The notes: a model not told the origin generated them from the letters alone. A stretch of 64,000 bases of DNA from Oribacterium sp. (GCA_963592435.1 CAVAWT010000007.1:1297-65296), one strand, 5' to 3'; positions 33,862-44,412 are shown, counted from the stretch's first letter. A program made the numbers and translations.

Positions 33862-34830
33862 GTGATTATGATTGACAAATTTGAACATACGCCTGTCATG
33901 TTGCAAGAAGTGCTTGAAAATCTGGAACCTCAAAGTGGCGAAGTGTTTGTCGACTGCACGCTTGGTGGCGCAGGTCACAGCATCGAGGTAGCAAAGCGTT
34001 TGGGAGAAGATGGGCTGCTCATCGGGATTGACCAAGATCCAGTTGCGCGAGAGTTTGCTGCTAAAAGAGTGAACGCTGAAACCTGTAACCTAAAGCCTAA
34101 AACTCACATCATTGATGCAAACTTTTCGATGCTTGACGACGTTCTTTTGAGCATTCCTGTTCCTGGAGTTGACTGCATCCTGTTTGATCTTGGAGTTTCA
34201 AGCGTCCAGCTTGATTGTTTGGATAGAGGTTTTTCCTATCACAGCGGAGCTTCTCTCGACATGCGAATGAACACAAATGAGGATGGCTTGACAGCTGAAG
34301 TGATTGTCAACACTTTTTCAGAAACTGAACTGGAGCGAATTTTGCGAGTTTTTGGAGAAGAGAAATGTTCGAAGCAGATTGCGAGAAACATTTGCAAGGC
34401 ACGAGAGCAAAAAGCTTTGAAGACGAGTGATGAGCTCGTTGACGTCGTAAAGGATTCTATTCCAAACAAAATGAGAAGAAGTGGGGGTCATCCTGCAAAG
34501 AGAACTTTTCAGGCTCTGAGAATTGCAGTGAACGATGAACTTTCTTGTCTTGAGGCTGCTCTTGATTCAGCGATTCGTTGGTTAAACGTTGGTGGACGTA
34601 TTTGTGTCATCAGCTATCACTCGTTGGAAGACAGGCGTGTCAAAGATGCATTTAGGAAGTTTGAAAACAGGTGCACTTGCCCCGATGATGTTCCTGTTTG
34701 TGTCTGCGGAAAAAAGCCGATATTAAAAGCAAAGCCTCGTGGAGCGATTTTGCCAAGTAAAGAAGAGATTGACGAAAATCCTCGTGCGAGAAGCGCAAAA
34801 ATGCGAGTAGCGATAAAAGTTTCAAATTAA
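33862..34830 (+). CDS. rsmH: 16S rRNA (cytosine1402-N4)-methyltransferase RsmH
   Basis: 'HTPVMLQEVLE', 'DCTLGGAGHS', 'DLGVSSVQLD', 'SYHSLEDRRVK', 'NPRARSAK'. The start is GTG 33862 or ATG 33868. Confidence 0.9.
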   Translation: MIMIDKFEHTPVMLQEVLENLEPQSGEVFVDCTLGGAGHSIEVAKRLGEDGLLIGIDQDPVAREFAAKRVNAETCNLKPKTHIIDANFSMLDDVLLSIPVPGVDCILFDLGVSSVQLDCLDRGFSYHSGASLDMRMNTNEDGLTAEVIVNTFSETELERILRVFGEEKCSKQIARNICKAREQKALKTSDELVDVVKDSIPNKMRRSGGHPAKRTFQALRIAVNDELSCLEAALDSAIRWLNVGGRICVISYHSLEDRRVKDAFRKFENRCTCPDDVPVCVCGKKPILKAKPRGAILPSKEEIDENPRARSAKMRVAIKVSN

Positions 34831-34853
34831 GAAGAGATAAAGTAAAAATAAAA

Positions 34854-35513
34854 GTGAGCAGAGAAAAGACATACGTTAACAATTCAAAGCCTTTGGCGCT
34901 TGACCTCTCATCTTCGAGAGCAAGTGAGGGGTTCTCTTCGAGTTTTCGCACGCCTTCACGCGATAGAGCAACAATGCGCTCAGAAGTTGGCAAATCATCA
35001 GTCGGTGATGCTAAATCAGGCTATTCTTCAAGTTATTTTTATGGCAATGCTGCACCTGCAATTTTTCCAGAATTTGAGCCAGAGAAGAAAAAAACTAGGA
35101 AGAGAAGCGAGGAAGTTGAATTTAGGTCAACACCGAAGCAAGACAAAAAACAAAAGCAACAAAGAGCAACTTCACCAAAAACTCGGGTTGTTGCAACCTT
35201 TGCTTCGTTTGTTCTTCTCTTTGGAGCAATAGGATTCATAAACATAACATTGACTTCGATGGCAGTTGCTTCTTCTGCACAATCTCAAACACTTTCAACT
35301 GAGATCTATCAGCAGCGTGAAGACGGGAAAGCCTTAGAAGTCGAATATGGAATTTTGAGCAATCCTGCAACAGTCAAAGAAAAAGCAATTGCACTAGGCA
35401 TGGAGTCGCCATCAAACGTCATCCAAATCAATCTCGGTAAAGACTCAGTTCTGACAAAGGACGACGGGACAATTGCGCTCTCATCAACGTTGAAGGAAGT
35501 TGCTAAACAATAA
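34854..35513 (+). CDS. FtsL-like bitopic cell-division protein with long basic N-terminal extension
   Basis: Sits in the rsmH-ftsI position. Single TM 'VVATFASFVLLFGAIGFINITLTSMAV' after ~125 low-complexity residues, followed by a short extracytoplasmic tail. Confidence 0.6.
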   Translation: MSREKTYVNNSKPLALDLSSSRASEGFSSSFRTPSRDRATMRSEVGKSSVGDAKSGYSSSYFYGNAAPAIFPEFEPEKKKTRKRSEEVEFRSTPKQDKKQKQQRATSPKTRVVATFASFVLLFGAIGFINITLTSMAVASSAQSQTLSTEIYQQREDGKALEVEYGILSNPATVKEKAIALGMESPSNVIQINLGKDSVLTKDDGTIALSSTLKEVAKQ

Positions 35514-35517
35514 AACA

Positions 35518-37200
35518 ATGTCTCGAAAAGAAAGTTTTGACCTAAATTCACCTGCTCCGATCATTTTCTTTGCACTTCTTCTTGTTGCTGGCATTTTGCT
35601 CAGGTTATTTTTTCTTGTCTTTGTTGTTGGTGATGAATATTCCTCGCAGGCGCAAGAGACCAGAACTGTAACGATAAACACAACTCCGAAGCGTGGGACG
35701 ATTTATGACAGAAATGGCGTCGTTTTGGCAGCTAGTGTCGATGCGACAACGATATATTGCAATCCGACCGAAATTGAAAATGTGCCAAAAGTTGCAACGG
35801 AAGTCGCGAAAGTCCTTGGAGGGGAAGCAAAAGACTATGTTTCGGCTCTTTCAACGAACGGAACGACTTTTTCCTACATAAAACGTCAAGGTGACGTTGA
35901 GGCTGCAAACAGGCTGAAGGAAGCAAAAAAGGAAAATCCTGAACTGCTCGCTGGGATCTATTTTCTAAGTGATTCAAGGCGAGAATATCCAAATGGGCAG
36001 GTCGCAGGGCAGATCATCGGGATTTGTGATGTGGACGGTAATGGAATTTGCGGACTTGAGCTTGAATATGACGATGTCTTGCGAGGAGAAGCTGGAGTTT
36101 ATGTTGCAGAGCGAAGCGAAAATGGAGCAGAAATTCCAGGTTCGGTTCAAGAAAATGTAACAGCGAAGTCTGGCGAAGACATAATGATCTCTATCGACGT
36201 TTCGATGCAGGCGGAAGTTGAGAACTTGCTTGCAACGCAAACTGAAAGGATTGGTAAGAAAGGCAACGCAATTTTGATGGACTCTTCAAACGGAGAGATT
36301 TATGCAATGGCATCCTACCCCTACCTTAACCCTGCTAACACAAGTGAGTCAGAAAGCGGTTCTGACAATGTGATCGCGGTTACCCAAGCCCTTGAGCCTG
36401 GTTCAATGATGAAAACGATAACAGCTCTTGGAATTTTGCAGGCAGGCAAAATGAAGCCGACAGACACAGTCTGGTGCCCCTACGCACTGCAAGCTGATGA
36501 ATACACAATCACCGATGCGTGGGAGAGAGGGTCAGAGACAATGACGCTCGACACAATTTTGACGCAGTCATCCAACGTCGGCATTTCTCTTGCATCCGAC
36601 ACGATTGGTGCTTCAGGGATTTATGACAACTTGATGAAGTCGAAGGTTTTAGAAAAAACAGGAATAGACTTTCCTGGAGAGGCATCTGGATATGTGACAG
36701 ATTACAAAACTTGGTCAAACATTGCGAGGTACAACATCACATTTGGTCAAGGGATTACTGTGACTCCAATTGCGATGACGAGGTTTTATGCTGCGCTTGC
36801 AAACGACGGAGTTGCTGTGAGGCCGCATCTCTTGATGGCAAAAACGCAAAGTGGAGAGAGAACTCAAACTGAAAAGACTGAGTTGGGCTATTCTGCATCA
36901 GCTCTTGCAGACATAAAATCGATGCTTCACAACGTCGTTGAGAACAATTCCAGCAACGAAGCGGGAATTGAAGGATATGACGTTTGCGGAAAAACTTCAA
37001 CTGCAGAATACACTGAAGATGGAGTTTATGTGAAAAATAAATATAACATCGGCTTTTGCGGCTTTTTGAACAACGCATCGCTGCCGTTGACTTGTTATGT
37101 CGGGATTACCGAATCTGATTGGACGATAACGACAACATCGCTATTCCACGATATAATGAAAGCAGCAGTTGGAAGATATGGCGTTGTTACGAATGGATAA
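35518..37200 (+). CDS. ftsI: Class B penicillin-binding protein (FtsI/PBP2-type transpeptidase)
   Basis: N-terminal TM. 'GSMMK' (SxxK, Ser codon at 36403), 'QSSNVG' (SxN), and 'GKTSTAE' (KTS where KTG is usual, 36991-36999). ATG 35518 follows the ftsL-like stop. Confidence 0.85.
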   Translation: MSRKESFDLNSPAPIIFFALLLVAGILLRLFFLVFVVGDEYSSQAQETRTVTINTTPKRGTIYDRNGVVLAASVDATTIYCNPTEIENVPKVATEVAKVLGGEAKDYVSALSTNGTTFSYIKRQGDVEAANRLKEAKKENPELLAGIYFLSDSRREYPNGQVAGQIIGICDVDGNGICGLELEYDDVLRGEAGVYVAERSENGAEIPGSVQENVTAKSGEDIMISIDVSMQAEVENLLATQTERIGKKGNAILMDSSNGEIYAMASYPYLNPANTSESESGSDNVIAVTQALEPGSMMKTITALGILQAGKMKPTDTVWCPYALQADEYTITDAWERGSETMTLDTILTQSSNVGISLASDTIGASGIYDNLMKSKVLEKTGIDFPGEASGYVTDYKTWSNIARYNITFGQGITVTPIAMTRFYAALANDGVAVRPHLLMAKTQSGERTQTEKTELGYSASALADIKSMLHNVVENNSSNEAGIEGYDVCGKTSTAEYTEDGVYVKNKYNIGFCGFLNNASLPLTCYVGITESDWTITTTSLFHDIMKAAVGRYGVVTNG

Positions 37201-37214
37201 TTTCAAGGAGAATT

Positions 37215-38261
37215 TTGTTGCATAGTTTAATTGGAAGTTACCCCAGTTTTCTCGTGTTCTCGGCGCTTTTTCTGTCGTTCGTCTTCACGCTTGGATTCAT
37301 GCCAGGTTTCATTTCGTTTTTGAAGCGCGAAGAAGTTGGGCAACAGGTGCGAGAAGAGGGACCAGAGACTCACCTTAAAAAACAAGGAACACCAACGATG
37401 GGTGGCATAATAATGATAATTGCCGTCATTTTGGCGATTGTCATCGTTGGCTACTTTGACGAGAAAATCATTTCACTCATGGGCGTTGCGCTTTGTGCTG
37501 GTTTGATCGGTCTTGTTGATGACTATAAAAAAGTGCACTACAAAAACACTGAGGGCATGTCACCGCGCGGAAAGTTGATTTTGCAATTTGTCGTTGCTGG
37601 AATGTTTGTGCTGGTGGCAGTCAACACTCTTGAAATTGCCCCGACTGTCGTCGTTCCATTTTTGTGCGTCATCGATCTTGGTGTGTTCACGACTGTAATC
37701 GAACTCGGAACGGGACAAGTTTTCATAATTCCTTGGCTCTACCTCATTTTTTGTTTGATTTTGCTTGTTGGAATGTGCAACGCAGTAAATTTGACTGACG
37801 GACTCGACGGGCTGGCGAGTGGGTGCGTCATGCTTGTTATGATTGTGCTGTCGTTCATCGCCTACCGCATGAATTCGCTGGAGCCATCAATTTTTGCTGC
37901 GGCAACAGCAGGTGCTTGTGCAGCATTTTTGTGGTTTAACTCAAACCCAGCTTCCATATTCATGGGAGATACAGGTTCATTGTCGTTGGGTATGACATTG
38001 GGCGCGATCTCGATACTAACAAAAACAGAGTTACTATCAATTTTGATAGGGGGAATTTTTGTTGCAGAAGCTCTGTCAGTCATGATTCAAGTTTTCTGGT
38101 TCAGGAAAACACATAAGAGAATTTTTCTTATGGCGCCACTCCACCACCATTTTGAGAAAAAGGGCTGGGGAGAAAATCAAGTCGTTGTTCGTTTTTGGAT
38201 GATAAGCGGAATTTTGGCAGCAATAGGTTTTGCGATCTATTTCGGGATGACTTTGATTTGA
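37215..38261 (+). CDS. mraY: Phospho-N-acetylmuramoyl-pentapeptide transferase MraY
   Basis: 'GTPTMGG', 'NAVNLTDGLDGLA', 'MGDTGSLSLG', 'APLHHHFE'. TTG start at 37215/37218 lies just after 'AAGGAG'. The track's 37119 start overlaps ftsI. Confidence 0.9.
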   Translation: MLHSLIGSYPSFLVFSALFLSFVFTLGFMPGFISFLKREEVGQQVREEGPETHLKKQGTPTMGGIIMIIAVILAIVIVGYFDEKIISLMGVALCAGLIGLVDDYKKVHYKNTEGMSPRGKLILQFVVAGMFVLVAVNTLEIAPTVVVPFLCVIDLGVFTTVIELGTGQVFIIPWLYLIFCLILLVGMCNAVNLTDGLDGLASGCVMLVMIVLSFIAYRMNSLEPSIFAAATAGACAAFLWFNSNPASIFMGDTGSLSLGMTLGAISILTKTELLSILIGGIFVAEALSVMIQVFWFRKTHKRIFLMAPLHHHFEKKGWGENQVVVRFWMISGILAAIGFAIYFGMTLI

Positions 38262-38281
38262 AACGTTTGAGGAATTTGAAA

Positions 38282-39583
38282 ATGGACTTTAAACGCAAAA
38301 TTTCAAATGACAATTTGGGAAGAGTTTTGATTGCAGGCAAAGGTGTCACTGGGCTTGCAGTTCAAGACTACCTTAATAAACATGTCTCAAGGTTCACATC
38401 CTGTGATCTTGTCGAAGAGGAGACCCTTGATGTAAACAAGACCTATGATTTGTGCATCGTTTCTCCAGGTATATCAGAGTTTAGTGATTTTTACAAAAAA
38501 TTGAAATCTGTTGCAGATGAGGTGGTCAGTGAAGTTGAGTTTGCGTTTCGCGAATCGGAAGAAAATTCAAAATGGATCGCGATAACTGGAACAAATGGGA
38601 AAACAACGACGACAGCTTTGACGTGCCACATTTTGAAAACAGCAGGCAAAAAAGCAGTGGCTGTTGGAAACATAGGAGAGACCTGCATATCTCAAGTTGA
38701 TGGGGAAGAAAAAATTTATGTCGCTGAGTGTTCTTCCTATCAGCTTGCTTCAACACGAAACTTTGAACCTGACGCGGTTGCAATTTTAAACATAACGCCA
38801 GATCACATCAAATGGCACCAAAATTTAGAAAATTATGCAAAAGCAAAGTTTAAAATTTTCGAGAACATTAAAAACAACGAAAATTCCTTGTTGTTTTTAG
38901 AAGAAACGCTGGTTGGTGAAACTGGAGCAGGAGAGTTTTTTTGCGAAGTTAAAACCGATGCTAATTCTCTTTTAAGGGAGCTTGTTTTGTCTGTGTCGGG
39001 AGAAATGAAGATAAAAGGGGAGCACAACATTCAAAACGCAGTTTGTGCAGCAACCATTTGTGCTCATTTCGGTGTCGCAGATGACATAATCAAAAAGGCA
39101 CTTGTCACTTTCGAGCCTCTCGAACACAGAATTGAACCTTGTGGCATTGTTAATGAGGTCCATTATTTCAACGACTCAAAAGCAACAAACGTCGACTCAA
39201 CGATAAAAGCACTTTCTGCTTTTCCTGAAGGTGATGTCATATTGCTCCTTGGAGGAACTGACAAAATGAGCGACCTTGAGCCACTAGTTTTGGAGTGCAA
39301 GAAAAAAGTTACTGGCGAAAATCATGAAAAACCACTTGTCAAATGCGTTGTTTGCTATGGAGAAGCAAGAAAAAGATTTCTAGATTCATTTAAATCATTG
39401 AAAGAAGATGGAATAGAAGTCTTAAGCGCTGATCGCTTAAAGGATGCTTTTGATGTTGCAAGAAAGGTGGCAGTTTCTGGGGACGTTGTCCTTTTGTCGC
39501 CTGCCTGTGCGTCGTTTGATGAATTTAGTGGTTTTGAAGAACGCGGGGAATTTTTTAAAAGTCTTGTTAAAAGCACAGAATAG
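38282..39583 (+). CDS. murD: UDP-N-acetylmuramoylalanine--D-glutamate ligase MurD
   Basis: 'IAGKGVTG', 'ITGTNGKTTTT', 'NDSKATN'. ATG 38282 follows 'GAGGAA'. The track's 38195 start overlaps mraY. Confidence 0.85.
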   Translation: MDFKRKISNDNLGRVLIAGKGVTGLAVQDYLNKHVSRFTSCDLVEEETLDVNKTYDLCIVSPGISEFSDFYKKLKSVADEVVSEVEFAFRESEENSKWIAITGTNGKTTTTALTCHILKTAGKKAVAVGNIGETCISQVDGEEKIYVAECSSYQLASTRNFEPDAVAILNITPDHIKWHQNLENYAKAKFKIFENIKNNENSLLFLEETLVGETGAGEFFCEVKTDANSLLRELVLSVSGEMKIKGEHNIQNAVCAATICAHFGVADDIIKKALVTFEPLEHRIEPCGIVNEVHYFNDSKATNVDSTIKALSAFPEGDVILLLGGTDKMSDLEPLVLECKKKVTGENHEKPLVKCVVCYGEARKRFLDSFKSLKEDGIEVLSADRLKDAFDVARKVAVSGDVVLLSPACASFDEFSGFEERGEFFKSLVKSTE

Positions 39584-39585
39584 AC

Positions 39586-40920
39586 ATGTTTAGCAAACTT
39601 CAAGCAAACACACACTCAAAAGAGGCCTACACAATCGTCATTGGTTGCTGTGTTGCTTTTTTATGCGTCGTTGGGTTGCTCAGCATCTATTCTGTGACAA
39701 GCGTCGGAAACGTTGAAGCAGGTCTAAATCCATTCAGCGATTTGGGACAACAGTTTTTTTACATCATCCTAGGAATCATAATCTGTGTTGTTTTGATGAA
39801 AGTGCCACAGCTTTTTAATGTTTCATCGCCTGTGATCTGGGTTTTTTGGGGAGTTTGTTTGGCTGGAATCGTTGCAGTGGCAGCATTTGGGACAACTGTC
39901 AACGGCGCGAAGCGATGGCTTCCTTTGGGCCCCGTGACCATTCAGCCTTCAGAGTTCTTAAAAATCGCGCTCATGCTCGTCATGGTCAAGCTGCTGAGCG
40001 AATGGATTAGAGGCGAGCGGGACTCCAAACAGACATTCATCATGGTTGCGGCAACTGTTGGAGCTCCACTACTTTTCTTGTTTGTGACACAAAGAGACTT
40101 AGGCACGTCAGCTATTGCTGGGCTTTGCCTTTTTGCTCTGCTCTACATTGCAAAAGTCGATGTAAGAATTTTGGGAGGAATTTTAGTCCTTGGCATTTTT
40201 GGGATCGTGTTTTTCGCAATGAATGCTGGTAACTTTCGCTCTGACCGTTTTGTTTTCACGGATCCATGGGACGATGGCGCAGGCGGTTATGGCGCAGGAT
40301 ATAACATAATTCGATCATATTATGCGATTGCTTCTGGAGGGGTTTTTGGAAACGGAATCGGTGGGAGCCATGAAAAGTATGACTATCTCTATGCTGCGGA
40401 CAATGATTTCATTTTTGCCATCATCTGCGAAGAAATGGGCTTGATTGGTGCAATCCTTGTTCTGATTTGCATTTTGGCAATCTTCATTTGTTGCATAAAA
40501 ATCGCCTCTGTTCAAGATCAGATGGAAAATAAGCTTGTTCTTTATGGAACAGGACTTTTATTAATAATTCAGTCTCTCCTAAACATTGGTTGCACTGTCG
40601 GCGTTCTGCCAACGACGGGAAAGCCATTGCCGTTTGTTTCGTCGGGAGGAAGTTCTGTCATTGCATCTTTTATTCTCCTTGGAGTCATCCTAAACGCTGT
40701 TATGCACTCGCAAGTTGAGACAAGGGCAGACAGGCGAAGGTCAAAAATTAACATCTATTCAAAAGATGATTTGGATGGCTCAGATGGTTTAATGAACAAA
40801 CAAAGAAGAGGAAGAGACAGATCGGCGACTCAACGAAGACCGACAACATCGACGAGAGCGACGCGCAGCGGCAGATCGTCTTTCATGCAAAATGGCAGAG
40901 AGAGGAGCAGGATAAGGTGA
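39586..40920 (+). CDS. ftsW: SEDS-family peptidoglycan glycosyltransferase FtsW, with Arg-rich C-terminal tail
   Basis: About 10 TM segments. 'PSEFLKIAL', 'DFIFAIICEEMGLIG', 'LPTTGKPLPFVSSGGSS'. The last ~75 residues are rich in R, S and T. Confidence 0.85.
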   Translation: MFSKLQANTHSKEAYTIVIGCCVAFLCVVGLLSIYSVTSVGNVEAGLNPFSDLGQQFFYIILGIIICVVLMKVPQLFNVSSPVIWVFWGVCLAGIVAVAAFGTTVNGAKRWLPLGPVTIQPSEFLKIALMLVMVKLLSEWIRGERDSKQTFIMVAATVGAPLLFLFVTQRDLGTSAIAGLCLFALLYIAKVDVRILGGILVLGIFGIVFFAMNAGNFRSDRFVFTDPWDDGAGGYGAGYNIIRSYYAIASGGVFGNGIGGSHEKYDYLYAADNDFIFAIICEEMGLIGAILVLICILAIFICCIKIASVQDQMENKLVLYGTGLLLIIQSLLNIGCTVGVLPTTGKPLPFVSSGGSSVIASFILLGVILNAVMHSQVETRADRRRSKINIYSKDDLDGSDGLMNKQRRGRDRSATQRRPTTSTRATRSGRSSFMQNGRERSRIR

Positions 40921-42011
40921 ACATAGTTATAACAGGTGGAGGAACTGCTGGTCACATTTACCCAGCACTCGCGTTAGCAGATGAACTTAAAAGCAGAGGA
41001 CATCATGTCTTTTATGCTGGAACACCTAAGGGAACTGAGAGCAATTTGGTGCCACGTGCTGGCTATGACTTCGTTGCATTTGATGTCTCAGGTTTTGACA
41101 GAGCGCGCCCTTGGACTGCAATTACTGCTCTAAACAAAGTCAGAAAATGTGAGAAGAAAGCAGAAGTCTGGCTAAAGGAAGTTGATGCGAAACTTGCAGT
41201 CGGATTTGGCGGCTATGTTTCAGTCCCTGTCGTTCACGCTGCTCAAAAATTGGGAATTAAAACTGCGATTCATGAGCAAAACTCAGCGATGGGGCTTGCG
41301 AACGAAGAACTCTCAAAACATGCTGATTTAGTTTGTTTGACTTATGAATGTGCAGGGCAAAAAGTAAAAGACAAATCAAAAATTGTTGTCACTGGAAATC
41401 CTGTCAGAAAAGAAGTCTTGAGCGCAAATCGAGAAGATGGGCGTCGTGCCTTTGGTATCGATGACGAATCTCTAGTTCTGCTTGTTTTTGGAGGAAGCTT
41501 AGGAGCAAAAACGATTAACGAAGCGATTCTTAATTTAAAAGACGAATTGCTTGCTCGCAACAACTTGCACGTCATTCATGTTGCAGGAAAGCGCGACTAT
41601 GAATGGGTAAAAGAGAGACTTTCGCTGAACGCATCTCAAAAGGAGCGATACCATTTGCTTGATTATTGCTACAACATGCCTGACGCTCTCGCGGCGTGTG
41701 ATATAATAGTGTCGAGAGCAGGAGCCACTTCCTTGGCAGAAATATCAACATTAACAATTCCTGCTCTTTTAATACCGTTTCCTTTTGCAACAGCTGACCA
41801 TCAAACAAAAAATGCAAAAAGTTATGTGGAAGCTGGAGCTGCCTATCAATTAAGCGATGAAGAAGCAAAAACGAGCGCTTTTAAAGAAAAGCTGTTCGAC
41901 TTGATCGAAAATGATGAAACAAGGCAAAAAATGAAGAAGAAAGCGGAGTCGTTTGAAACTCAAAATGCATCGCTTAGACTAGCACAAAGCGTTTTGCAAT
42001 TGTTAGAATAG
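40917..42011 (+). CDS. murG: Lipid II GlcNAc transferase MurG
   Basis: 'ITGGGTAGHIYPALALA', 'FGGSLGA', 'SRAGATSLAE', 'DHQTKNA'. The GTG start overlaps the ftsW stop (GTGA). Confidence 0.9.
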   Translation: MNIVITGGGTAGHIYPALALADELKSRGHHVFYAGTPKGTESNLVPRAGYDFVAFDVSGFDRARPWTAITALNKVRKCEKKAEVWLKEVDAKLAVGFGGYVSVPVVHAAQKLGIKTAIHEQNSAMGLANEELSKHADLVCLTYECAGQKVKDKSKIVVTGNPVRKEVLSANREDGRRAFGIDDESLVLLVFGGSLGAKTINEAILNLKDELLARNNLHVIHVAGKRDYEWVKERLSLNASQKERYHLLDYCYNMPDALAACDIIVSRAGATSLAEISTLTIPALLIPFPFATADHQTKNAKSYVEAGAAYQLSDEEAKTSAFKEKLFDLIENDETRQKMKKKAESFETQNASLRLAQSVLQLLE

Positions 42012-42047
42012 ATATGTAAAAAAGATAAGACGGAGAATTAGGCAAAC

Positions 42048-43454
42048 ATGAGTGACACAAAAGAAGAATTAAACAAGCTACATTTCATTGGAATTGGCGG
42101 AGTCGGCATGAGCGGTCTTGCAAGAATCGCCTCATCGCAGGGGATTCGCGTTAGCGGTTCCGACATGAAGTCTTCAAGGTTCACCTCCCAGCTTGAAAAA
42201 AGTTGGATTCCAGTCTCAATTGGACATTCTCCTGAAAACATTCCAGCTGGCGACGATGTGACTGTCGTTGTTTCGACTGCGATAATGGACTCAAACCCTG
42301 AGCTTCAAGAAGCAAAGAGAAGGGGACTGAGAATAATCCACAGAGCTCAGCTTCTCAACTATCTTGGACGCGACTTGAAGACTTTGGCAGTTGCTGGAAC
42401 ACATGGAAAGACAACGACGAGCTCGATGCTAGCATGTGTCTTGGACGACATGAAGCTTGACCCAACTTTTGTCATCGGTGGCATGGTTTTGGCATATGAC
42501 ACAAATGCTCGTCCAGGGTCAGGCGAGTTTTATGTCGTTGAAGCTGACGAGTCTGATAAGTCGCTGACGTGCCTATCTCCCCACGCTGTCATCGTGACAA
42601 GCATCGAAAGTGACCACCTTGATCACTATAATTCGCTCGATGAAATTTATGAAAAATTTGGGCAGTTTATTGCAAGTGTGCCAAAAGGTAACCCTGCAGT
42701 TGTGTGCGCTGATGACAAAAAGCTTGTCGATCTGGCAAAAAACAACACTGAAAACGTCATAACATATGGCTTTAATGAAGATGCTGATGTCAGAATTGTT
42801 GAGAGCAAGAGAGTTGGAGTTGGCTCTCAGTTTTCAGTCAAGTTAAGAAATGGTGAAGTCATAAACAGCGCGATAACAAGAAACCCAGGAACTCACAATG
42901 AGCTAAACGCAACGGCGGTTTTGACTTTAATCGAAGCTTTGGGGCTCGATGTCAACTTGGCAGCTTTGAAGTTGAAGAATTTTGCGGGCGTTCACAGGCG
43001 TTTTGAACTCGTTGGGAGTGCCAACGGAGTCACTGTCATCGACGATTATGCACACCATCCAACTGAAATTAAAGCGACAATTCATGCAGCAAAAGAATTG
43101 GATTTTGAAAAAATACATGTCATCTTTCAGCCTCATCGTTTTTCGCGCGTCAAGCTTTTCTGTGATGTTTTAGGTAAAGAATTTTCCGAGGCTTTCGATG
43201 AAGCAGACACGCTCGTTTTCACAAACGTCTATGCTGCTGGAGAAACGCCAATTCCTGGAGTTTCTGGCAAAACTTTTCTGGACACCGTGACTCGTCACGC
43301 AGGTCACCCAGAGGCGACTTACGTTCCACGACTTTCAGATGTGCCAGCGCACATTGCTAATGTTGCTAAATCCGGGGATCTCGTCATGACGATGGGAGCA
43401 GGAGACATAACTGGAATCGGAAAAGTGATTCTTGACGAAATTAAGAAATGTTAA
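42048..43454 (+). CDS. murC: UDP-N-acetylmuramate--L-alanine ligase MurC
   Basis: 'HFIGIGGVGMSGLA', 'AGTHGKTTTSSM', 'DDYAHHPTEI'. Confidence 0.9.
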   Translation: MSDTKEELNKLHFIGIGGVGMSGLARIASSQGIRVSGSDMKSSRFTSQLEKSWIPVSIGHSPENIPAGDDVTVVVSTAIMDSNPELQEAKRRGLRIIHRAQLLNYLGRDLKTLAVAGTHGKTTTSSMLACVLDDMKLDPTFVIGGMVLAYDTNARPGSGEFYVVEADESDKSLTCLSPHAVIVTSIESDHLDHYNSLDEIYEKFGQFIASVPKGNPAVVCADDKKLVDLAKNNTENVITYGFNEDADVRIVESKRVGVGSQFSVKLRNGEVINSAITRNPGTHNELNATAVLTLIEALGLDVNLAALKLKNFAGVHRRFELVGSANGVTVIDDYAHHPTEIKATIHAAKELDFEKIHVIFQPHRFSRVKLFCDVLGKEFSEAFDEADTLVFTNVYAAGETPIPGVSGKTFLDTVTRHAGHPEATYVPRLSDVPAHIANVAKSGDLVMTMGAGDITGIGKVILDEIKKC

Positions 43455-43470
43455 ATGAGGGATATTAAAA

Positions 43471-44412
43471 TTGACACAACACAACAACACCCCCAAACAT
43501 GCTAATCCTTTTGATCAACTCATAATGGATCCGTCGATCGATGCTGAGTTTTTGATCGACGAATCGGCTGCTCTGCACACGACTTATGCTTGTGGTGGAA
43601 TCTTCAAACACTTTGTCATAGCTAACACGATTAGTGCGCTTCAGCAAATTTTGAGGACATGCAAAAAATGTGGCGTTGAGGTTTTTATGATTGGCCGAGG
43701 ATCTAACCTTCTCGTTTCTGATCGTGGATTTGACGGTCTCGTTGTTTCACTTGGAACAGATTTCAGAAACTTGAAGCTGGATGAGGAAACAAACACGATC
43801 ATCGCTGGTGCAGGTGTTTCGTTTGCAAAAGTTTCACAGTTAGCATATGCTAACAATCTGTCGGGGCTGGAATTTTCAGTCGGGATCCCAGGAACAGTCG
43901 GCGGCGCTTTGGGAATGAACGCTGGAACTTGTGGAGTGGGGCTCTGTGATGTTGTCTCTTCAGTGTCAATTTTGGATAAAAACGACAATTATTCTTTGAA
44001 AAAAATTAAGAAAGAAGACTTTACTTTCGGCTATCACACATCAGCTCTGCGAGATCTTGGGGTGGCGCTTGAGTGCGAAATTCCTTTGAGCGTTTCCAAA
44101 ACACGAGATTTGCAGGTGACGATGGACGAGAAGCTTAAGCAAAGAAACGCGCTTCAACCCCTAGGTCACAACTGTGGAAGTGTTTTTAAAAATCCTGAGG
44201 GCATGAGCGCAGGCAAGCTCATTGAAGATTGTGGTTTGAAGGGGACAAGAATCGGTGGTGCTGAAATCTCGCCTATGCATGCAAATTTCTTCCCGAATGT
44301 GGAGGATGCAACTTCTCAAGATGTGATGGATTTGATTTTGCTTGCAAAAGAAGAGGTTTTCAAAAAGTTTGGAGTCGAGCTTGAGCCAGAAGTGCAATTT
44401 TTAGGTTTCTAA
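43471..44412 (+). CDS. murB: UDP-N-acetylenolpyruvoylglucosamine reductase MurB
   Basis: 'IGRGSNLLVSD', 'GIPGTVGGA', 'GSVFKNP', 'GGAEISPMHANF'. The start is uncertain (TTG 43471, or a later ATG). Confidence 0.85.
   Translation: MTQHNNTPKHANPFDQLIMDPSIDAEFLIDESAALHTTYACGGIFKHFVIANTISALQQILRTCKKCGVEVFMIGRGSNLLVSDRGFDGLVVSLGTDFRNLKLDEETNTIIAGAGVSFAKVSQLAYANNLSGLEFSVGIPGTVGGALGMNAGTCGVGLCDVVSSVSILDKNDNYSLKKIKKEDFTFGYHTSALRDLGVALECEIPLSVSKTRDLQVTMDEKLKQRNALQPLGHNCGSVFKNPEGMSAGKLIEDCGLKGTRIGGAEISPMHANFFPNVEDATSQDVMDLILLAKEEVFKKFGVELEPEVQFLGF

Noticed and set aside
37119-37214. ORF-track 5' extensions of core genes: mraY 37119, murD 38195, tatA 48280, rpsF 62304, gshA up to 46866, aminotransferase 58008, ftsI 35500
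   Set aside because: Each extension overlaps the preceding gene or lacks an RBS. An internal start with a clear Shine-Dalgarno gives the N-terminus expected for the family.
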